Source of the DNA: Armatimonadota bacterium
Lineage (GTDB): Bacteria > Sysuimicrobiota > Sysuimicrobiia > Sysuimicrobiales > Humicultoraceae
Direction: 5' to 3'
Length of the DNA: 12,401 bases
Assembly (NCBI GenBank): GCA_037446215.1
Contig: JBBIJB010000065.1
Coordinates: forward strand, 1 to 12,401
In this document: positions 6,823 through 12,401 of the stretch, one piece after another
How positions within the stretch are numbered: the first letter of the stretch is position 1
How the letters are laid out: each line of letters opens with the position of its first letter
Notes under the pieces: generated by a model
Databases searched by the model: none
What the model was told of the DNA's origin: nothing
What the model saw: the letters and a program-made list of their open reading frames with translations, nothing else
Program-made: the position numbers and the translations under genes

Positions 6823-8631
6823 ATGGCGCGGCGTAGCGACAGCGGTCACCGCGCCGCCTCCGACGCGGCGGCGGGAAGGAATCCGTTCGACCTGCTCGTG
6901 ACGAACGCCCGGATCGTCAACGTGCACACGGGCGAGATCGTCGAGGGTCACATAGGCATAGCGGGCGGGAGGTTTGCGCGCGTCATCCCTTCAGAGGAGA
7001 CCGAGGCGGAAGGCCCCTTGCGGATACCCGCCACCCTGGTCATCGACGCCGGGGGGCAGTACGCGGTGCCCGGTCTCGTGGACTCCCACCTCCACCTCGA
7101 AAGCAGCATGCTGCTGCCCGGGGCGTTCGCGGAGGCGGTGGTGCCACGCGGCGTGCTCACGGTCACGCCGGACCCACACGAGATAGTGAACGTCATGGGG
7201 CTGGACGGGATGCGCCTCCTGCTCGATGAGAGCCGCGGCCTCCCAATGGACCTGTTCTTCCAGGTGCCGTCCTGCGTTCCGGCGACGTCTCTGGAGACCG
7301 CGGGGGCAGCGGTCGGCCCCGAAGAGGTGCGGGAGGCGCTGGGCTGGGAGGGAGTGGTCGCCCTCGGCGAGGTGATGGACTACCCTGCGGTGATCTCCGG
7401 GGATGACCGCATGGCCGGGATCCTGGGAGCCGCGCTGGACGCGGGCGCGGTGGTGGAGGGACACGCGCCCGGACTCTTTGGCGCGGATCTCGCGGCTTTC
7501 GTCGCGGCCGGGGTCACCTCCGACCACACCCTGATGACCCCTGGGCTTGCCTTGGAGCGGCTGCGCAGCGGGGTGGTCGTGCAGCTCCAGGAGAAGTCCC
7601 TCTCGCCCGAGGTCCTGGCGGTCGCGGGCAGGGCGGCGCAGGCCCTGAACCTCTGCCTGGTGACGGACGACGTGCCCCCTGACGACCTGCTGGCGAGGGG
7701 ACACCTCGACGTGCTGATCCGCGAGGCGGTGCGCAAGGGGATGGATCCGATCCAGGCCGTGCGGGCGGCGACGCTGGCGCCGGCCCGCCGGATGCGGCTC
7801 TACGACCGCGGCGCCATCGCGCCCGGGATGGTGGCGCACATGGTACTGGTATCCGACCTGGCGGAGTTCCACGCCGCGGCCGTCTTCTCGAGGGGGACGC
7901 TCGTTGCCAGGGACGGCACCCTCACGCCCGAGGCGGCGCAGGCCCTGCGATCGGCCGGGGAGGCCGCGCCGGCGCAGGCACGGGGGCGGAACACGGTGCG
8001 CCTCTCTCCCCCAGGCAAGGACCGGTTCGGAGTGGGCGCGCCGCGGGGAGCGGCGCGGGCACGCGTGCGTGTGATAGAGATGAACAGGCAGACGACCCAC
8101 ACCAGGAGCGGTGAGGCCCTCCTGCGCGTCGATGGGAGCCTGCTCGCCTGGGAGGAGAGCGACCTCTGCCTCGCGGCGGTCTTCGAGAGGCACGGCCGCG
8201 GCGGCGCCCCGGGCGCGGGGAACGTGGGATATGGATTAGTACGCGGGGCGCTAGTCCAGGGCGCGGTCGCGACGACATGGGCCCACGACAGCCACAACCT
8301 CCTGGTAATCGGCCGGAGCGCCGACGACATGGCCGCCGCGGCCCGGTGGGTGGTGGAGCAAGGCGGGGGGATGGCCGCGGTGGTCGAGGGCAGGCTGCTG
8401 GCCGGCGTACCCCTGCCGGTGGCCGGCATCATCTCCGATCAGCCGGTCTCGGTCGTGGGGGCGCTGGTCGCCCGCTTCCGATCGGCGCTGGCGGAACTCG
8501 GCTTCACACACCGCTCCCCGATAATGACCCTCGGGGTGCTGACGCTGGCGGTCAGCCCGGAGATCAAGCTGACCGACCGCGGGCTCGTGGACGTGGGCCG
8601 GGGTCGGATCGTCGATCTGTTCATCGAGTGA
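6823..8631 (+). CDS. Adenine deaminase family amidohydrolase (AdeC/COG1001), non-canonical active site
   Basis: PGLVDSHLHLESS (HxH at 7081-7107), PDPHEIVNV, PSCVPAT, GEVMD, EGHAPGL, SDH, VTDD and C-terminal AHDSHN and LAVSPEIKLTDRGLVDV. ATG 6823 follows GAAGGTGA. The track's TTG at 6781 overlaps the MFS gene. Confidence 0.9.
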   Translation: MARRSDSGHRAASDAAAGRNPFDLLVTNARIVNVHTGEIVEGHIGIAGGRFARVIPSEETEAEGPLRIPATLVIDAGGQYAVPGLVDSHLHLESSMLLPGAFAEAVVPRGVLTVTPDPHEIVNVMGLDGMRLLLDESRGLPMDLFFQVPSCVPATSLETAGAAVGPEEVREALGWEGVVALGEVMDYPAVISGDDRMAGILGAALDAGAVVEGHAPGLFGADLAAFVAAGVTSDHTLMTPGLALERLRSGVVVQLQEKSLSPEVLAVAGRAAQALNLCLVTDDVPPDDLLARGHLDVLIREAVRKGMDPIQAVRAATLAPARRMRLYDRGAIAPGMVAHMVLVSDLAEFHAAAVFSRGTLVARDGTLTPEAAQALRSAGEAAPAQARGRNTVRLSPPGKDRFGVGAPRGAARARVRVIEMNRQTTHTRSGEALLRVDGSLLAWEESDLCLAAVFERHGRGGAPGAGNVGYGLVRGALVQGAVATTWAHDSHNLLVIGRSADDMAAAARWVVEQGGGMAAVVEGRLLAGVPLPVAGIISDQPVSVVGALVARFRSALAELGFTHRSPIMTLGVLTLAVSPEIKLTDRGLVDVGRGRIVDLFIE

Positions 8632-8644
8632 CGGGAGGAGAGGT

Positions 8645-9391
8645 ATGAGCGAGGTTCTTCCCCAGCGACACCTGAAGGTCACGCCGGGCGCGGTGGCACG
8701 CGCCGTCCTGATCCCCGGCGATCCGGCCCGTGCCGAGCGGATCGCGCAGAGATTTGAGCGAGCCCGCGAGGTGATCCGAAACCGCGAGTACCTCGGCTAC
8801 ACGGGCGAGGTCGACGGGATCCCGATCTCGGTCTGCTCCACGGGCATCGGCGGGCCGTCGGCGTCGATCGCGGTCGAGGAGCTGTGCAACCTGGGGGCGG
8901 ACACCTTCATCAGGGTTGGGTCGGCCGGCGGCAGACAGCCCAACATGGAAATCGGCAGCCTGGCCATCGTCACCGCCGCGCACAGGGATGAGGGCACCGC
9001 GCTCGCCTACCTGCCGTTGGGGTTTCCGGCGGTGGCGGACATCGCGGTTACGACGGCGCTGACCGAGGCGGCGCGCGCGCTGGGGCGCGAGCCCTACCTG
9101 GGGGTGGCCACGACGCGCGACGCCTTCTACAGGAAGGACCCGGTCCTCACGGAGTTGCTCACGACGCAGGGGCGCGTTGTGGCCGCAGAGCAGGAGTGCG
9201 CGACGGTGTTCATAGTCGCCCACGTGCGCGGCGCGCGCGCCGGTGCCGTCCTGGCGACCGACTCGAACATCCTCCGTAGCAAGCTCCCCCCGGAAGAGGC
9301 GGAGCGGAGGTTCCGGGAGGGCGAGGCGGCCGCCATTGAAGTGGCGATAGAGGCGGTGCGACGGCTGGCGCGGCCGACACCGCGAGCATGA
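8645..9391 (+). CDS. Nucleoside phosphorylase, NP-I (Udp/DeoD) family
   Basis: IPGDPARAERIA, NREY, STGIGGPSASIAVEEL, FIRVGSAG, RDEGT, DAFY and EQE (normally EME). Strong RBS GGAGGAGAGG; ATG is 13 nt after the deaminase stop. Confidence 0.93.
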   Translation: MSEVLPQRHLKVTPGAVARAVLIPGDPARAERIAQRFERAREVIRNREYLGYTGEVDGIPISVCSTGIGGPSASIAVEELCNLGADTFIRVGSAGGRQPNMEIGSLAIVTAAHRDEGTALAYLPLGFPAVADIAVTTALTEAARALGREPYLGVATTRDAFYRKDPVLTELLTTQGRVVAAEQECATVFIVAHVRGARAGAVLATDSNILRSKLPPEEAERRFREGEAAAIEVAIEAVRRLARPTPRA

Positions 9392-9471
9392 AGGAGATGA
9401 GTGCGCTGGTTGCCTGGAATGTCTTCTGGATCACATACACGATAAGGAAGGCGGTAGGGAAGAAGCAGTAG
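9388..9471 (+). CDS. Possible 27-aa small hydrophobic peptide, or C-terminal remnant of a membrane protein
   Basis: ATGA overlap with the phosphorylase stop. Translates as MKEMSALVAWNVFWITYTIRKAVGKKQ*. Too short for the ORF track. Confidence 0.3.
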   Translation: MKEMSALVAWNVFWITYTIRKAVGKKQ

Positions 9472-9501
9472 GCACCCGGCACCGCTGCCCCAAGCCCTTC
9501 G

Positions 9502-10035
9502 CTAGCGGCCCCCCATCAGGTCGAACAGTGTGTGCGCGAACTTCGTGTTGTCCATGTAGCCCCGGAAGCGCTCCGCTCCTACCCCGATCGCCGCGCCGTG
9601 CCGAGGCCGCGTTCACCGAGGTCCTGGCCACCCGGGCCATCGCGAGATGCGCCGCGGTCGGGTAGACGCGGTCGGCGCTTGCGGTGTGTGACAGGCTGCG
9701 CTGGGCGTAGGTCAGCCTGACGCCCCTCTCGAACTCCTCGCGCGCCGCGAGCGTGGAGGGGAGATCGTTGTCGTGGGTCGCCGCATCGGTGTTCTCGTTC
9801 TCGAGCATCGCTATGAACTTGCCCGGGCTCGACTTCATGACCCGAAGGCCCGCGGCCACCATCTCCGCGTAGGAGGGCTCCTCGGGGTCACGGTCCAGTT
9901 CGAGGCTGAGCCCGCCCATGTCGAAGAGGCCGAACACCTTCCCGCCGGTGACCTTGCGCAGCTCGTCGCCGCCTCTGCCAGGTTCCTGACGGGCTGCTTG
10001 TTCGGGGTCATCCCGATCATGCCGATGGTCGAGCC
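9502..10035 (-). pseudogene. Alkaline phosphatase relic with several internal deletions
   Basis: Collinear AP-like blocks across different frames: STIGMIGMTPNKQPVRNLAEAA (10032-9967); DELRKV..KVFGLF..ELDRDPEEPSYAEMV..FIAMLENENTDAATHDND (9967 to about 9716); and C-terminal AIGVGAERFRGYMDNTKF..* (about 9594-9502). GDG, DSA, TADH and HT motifs are absent. Confidence 0.8.
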
Positions 10036-10110
10036 ATCCTCTGCAGGGCTCCACCGATATCTGTTCCACGGGGAAACCGGCGAAGCCCTCCAGGCCTTGG
10101 GAGGGACCCA

Positions 10111-10974
10111 CTACTCGAAGAGCGGCCTCATCTCCAACCGCGCAACAAGGGCCTCCATCTCGCCCTCGGAGGGGAGGGCCTCAAAGCGCTCCGCCGCCTC
10201 TATCACCTTCGGGAGCAGGTGGATGTCGCCGACCGTGTTGAGGAAGAGGGTGGGTTGCCCCAGTACCCACTGGACGGCCAGGTCTATGTCGGCCTGTTCC
10301 TCCAGCGGCCTGTACCATGTCGCCCGACTGCGAGGCCTGTCGCCCCACGGGGTGTGTACTATCGACTTGATGGTCTGCACGGCCACGCTCCGGGTTCGGC
10401 AGACGCTCAGCAGAGCCTCAACGTCGGCGCTGTACCGGGCGTTCCTCATCATGACGTAGCTGTAGGGCAACAGCACCGAGTCGAAATCGAACCGCTCGAG
10501 CGCGTCCCTGTGCATCGCGGCGATTGACCAACCGTGCCCCGTGACGCCGATGAAGCGCGCAAGGCCTTGCTCCCGCGCCTCCACGGCCGCCTCCAGCGCG
10601 CCTCCGGCTCCGAGGGCAACCTCCCACTCCTGGGGATCTGCCAGGTTGTGAAGCTGGATGAGATCTACCCTGTCCACGTGGAGGCGATCGAGCGAGCGGT
10701 GGATTTCCTCTCTCGCGCGGGCGGCAGTGCGCTCGCCGGTCTTCGTGGCGAGGAAAGGCGGTCGGCCGTGGCGATGGATCCAAGACCCAAGCCGCACCTC
10801 GGATTCGCCATAGCTGGCCGCGGTATCGACGTGGTTGATTCCGTGCCCAAGAGCGAGCTCCATAGCGGCATCTACCTCGGCCTGGCCGGCGCGGGAGAAG
10901 GCCGCGGCTCCCAGGATCAGCCGAGTGCTGAGATGGCCGCTGCGACCGAAGAGCTGCTTCTCAACCCCGATCAT
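10111..10974 (-). CDS. Aldo/keto reductase
   Basis: 287 aa. FGRSGH.STRLILG and catalytic tetrad motifs DTAASYG (D,Y), LATKT (K) and DLIQLHN (H), plus RFIGVTGH. Confidence 0.93.
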   Translation of the reverse strand: MIGVEKQLFGRSGHLSTRLILGAAAFSRAGQAEVDAAMELALGHGINHVDTAASYGESEVRLGSWIHRHGRPPFLATKTGERTAARAREEIHRSLDRLHVDRVDLIQLHNLADPQEWEVALGAGGALEAAVEAREQGLARFIGVTGHGWSIAAMHRDALERFDFDSVLLPYSYVMMRNARYSADVEALLSVCRTRSVAVQTIKSIVHTPWGDRPRSRATWYRPLEEQADIDLAVQWVLGQPTLFLNTVGDIHLLPKVIEAAERFEALPSEGEMEALVARLEMRPLFE

Positions 10975-11084
10975 GGAATCCGCACCCTCTGAGACGGCAG
11001 CAACTTGGAGAAGGAAGGCTCAGGGCTCGCGCTCGCGGCGCCGAGTAGGAGCAGCACCGCCAGCGCCAAGATCATCCACCTCAT
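10971..11084 (-). CDS. 37-aa ORF that is mostly a Sec signal peptide (small exported peptide or truncated gene)
   Basis: [43 protein letters not shown] lies 11 nt upstream. There are n- and h-regions and an ASA cleavage motif. The TGA overlaps the AKR ATG (ATGA). Confidence 0.55.
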   Translation of the reverse strand: MRWMILALAVLLLLGAASASPEPSFSKLLPSQRVRIP

Positions 11085-11132
11085 GGTAGGGCGCGCTCCT
11101 TGTCGCTCGGTGTTCGGGCGACGATCCTATCT

Positions 11133-11600
11133 TCAGGAGACCGCCGCCATTCCCCTTCGCAGACGATGGAGGCCGAACCCAACGGCGGCGAAGAGGGAGA
11201 TGCCGACCAGCCAGTCCGTCCCTGGGACGATCCGGATGTGGCCGTCCGTGAAGAGCTGGTTCAGGAAGGCGTCCTCCACCGGGCCCAGGCCCCTGCCGAC
11301 CACCAATACCAGCGCGGTGAGCACAGGGTAGACGAGAAGCGCGACGACGTACCATACCGCGTTCCCCTTATAGTTCGGCCTGACCCCGAAGTTCCTCCAG
11401 CCGTCCCCCGCGAAGGCGCACAGCAGCAGGCAAAGGGCAGTCGGCACAATCAGCCGCAACCCCATGCCGAGGCTCTCCGTGGCGGCGCCATCCATAAGTA
11501 CGTCCAGCCCTCTGCCTATCCAGCCGATCGAGAGGACGACGACAGAGAAGATCACGAGGTTGCGGATTGCGACCCGGTCTGCTTGTATCGGCTTGTTCAA
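11133..11600 (-). pseudogene. CPBP/Abi (CAAX protease) family membrane protein with the catalytic centre deleted in frame
   Basis: N-terminal segments RNLVIFSVVVLSIGWIG..AFAGDGWRNFGVRPNYKGN..WYVVALLVYP join directly (about 11282) to C-terminal VEDAFLNQLF..DWLV..FAAVGFGLHRLR. No EExxxR or FxxxH motifs. Family assignment rests on recalled homolog patterns. Probable original TTG start at 11600. Confidence 0.6.
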
Positions 11601-11798
11601 CGGGTTCGATTCAGTCGTGGTTGAGGGTAGCTCGGAGCGACCGATTGGCGGCTCGAGATACGGATGGCTTCGACAGCCCCTACTTGCCGATCTCTCGCCA
11701 TGCTCGAATGCCTCGCGCAACTCGTTGCGCGCGGCTCCCGTGATGAACTCAGCGGCGTCGAGGAAGAAGCCGGGACGAACAGGCTCCCCGGCTTCCAT
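11601..11798 (-). other. 5' end of an unidentified gene with a strong RBS, reading in frame into the CPBP relic
   Basis: AGGAGGT lies 5 nt before ATG 11798. MEAGEPVRPGFFLDAAEFITGAARNELREAFE looks protein-like and is followed by less protein-like sequence. Confidence 0.4.
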
Positions 11799-11845
11799 CT
11801 CACACCTCCTATGGGCGCGCGGGCATGGGACCGCCGTTCTCCTTC

Positions 11846-12328
11846 CTACCCTTCCTCAAGAGCCCTCTTCAGGTTTTCGCCCTCTTCCCTCATGTGCTTC
11901 TTGACGCTCGCCAGGCCTTCCTGAATGGCTCTGCCAAAGAAGGTCTTCCCAATCCAGCCCACGCGGAAGGTCACCGATGCGACGAACAGACAGGGCTCGC
12001 CCCGCTGTACGATTGTGAATTCGTTCTTCGGAAAGAACGTCCTGAGAAGACGCGAGACCGGGGTGTATTCGATTCTCTTGTTTGGCACTATCTTCGTGAC
12101 CCTGAACCTGAGCTTGTGCAGCTTCCCGTGGAGGTACTCCTCCGCGCACAACACCGACCCCTCGGCCCACGGCTTCCCCTCCACCCACCGGAAGCTGACG
12201 TGGTCGCCTTCATGCCACGCCCTGTACGTCTCATCGTCGACTATGCTTGTCAGGAAGGCGAAGATCCGCTCGGGCGTTGTCTTGATCTCGATCGAATCCG
12301 TGAGTGTCACATCCTCGAGGAGTGCCAT
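11846..12328 (-). CDS. SRPBCC (START/polyketide cyclase-like) family protein
   Basis: 160 aa. N-terminal strand-helix DSIEIKTTPERIFAFL..Y.AWH, a beta-rich middle and a long C-terminal helix KKHMREEGENLKRALE. RBS GAGGA. Confidence 0.82.
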   Translation of the reverse strand: MALLEDVTLTDSIEIKTTPERIFAFLTSIVDDETYRAWHEGDHVSFRWVEGKPWAEGSVLCAEEYLHGKLHKLRFRVTKIVPNKRIEYTPVSRLLRTFFPKNEFTIVQRGEPCLFVASVTFRVGWIGKTFFGRAIQEGLASVKKHMREEGENLKRALEEG

Positions 12329-12343
12329 CCCAGTGTCCTCACA

Positions 12344-12401
12344 TTACTGCACCGGTCCCGGTTTCCTGGACAGGTTCTTGGCTTCGTGGATCACGCTGCC
12401 A
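12344..12401 (-). CDS. 3' end of a gene entering from the right, possibly cupin-like
   Basis: Reads ...GSVIHEAKNLSRKPGPVQ* (TAA at 12344-12346), resembling cupin motif 2 (G..H...N.S..P). Only 18 residues are visible. Confidence 0.35.
   Translation of the reverse strand, partial: GSVIHEAKNLSRKPGPVQ

Noticed and set aside
6991..8193. 400-aa - strand ORF and similar antisense ORFs over pfkB, the radical SAM, MFS and phosphorylase genes
   Set aside because: Arg/Pro/Gly-rich shadow frames opposite well-supported genes.
10060..10095. Further sigma-H-like match upstream of the AP relic (AGGG-N19-GAAC, - strand); a similar one lies near 11131-11156
   Set aside because: Both cores mismatch or the spacing is off; not distinguishable from chance at this GC content.
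9431..10111. 226-aa ORF as an intact alkaline phosphatase, with MGPSQ resembling GDGMGxxQ
   Set aside because: Only the middle of this frame is AP-like. The true N- and C-terminal blocks are in other frames, and the GTG start overlapping the AKR stop is probably chance.
277..12328. TAG ends 7 of the 10 intact genes; possible amber recoding or selenocysteine read-through
   Set aside because: The recognisable proteins end at family-typical positions, no internal stop interrupts a conserved domain, and no pyl/sel genes are present. The sample is too small to interpret.
1..12401. CRISPR array, tandem repeats, IS ends, tRNA or integrase
   Set aside because: No regularly spaced repeats, transposase or integrase motifs, or cloverleaf found by eye on either strand.

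Overview
High-GC bacterial chromosomal window with no mobile element, CRISPR array, tRNA or rRNA. It opens with a 5'-truncated large (Alu-containing, Bacillus-type) SRP RNA converging on a LonC-type protease gene. That gene is divergent from a + strand run: GYD protein, atypical PfkB kinase, radical SAM enzyme, secreted Pro-rich protein, MFS transporter, adenine-deaminase-like enzyme and NP-I nucleoside phosphorylase. The right end (about 9.5-12.4 kb, - strand) holds two intact genes (aldo-keto reductase, SRPBCC protein) among gene relics shortened by internal deletions: an alkaline phosphatase, a CAAX-protease-like membrane protein, a bare signal peptide and a possible cupin end. Best leads: (1) the MFS + deaminase + phosphorylase unit, where both enzymes have non-canonical active-site residues, suggesting salvage of an unknown or modified purine nucleoside; (2) back-to-back sigma-H-like promoters, one apparently giving a leaderless lon mRNA; (3) the cluster of telescoped relics that keep their gene ends. 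All calls come from motif recognition by eye; no searches were run.
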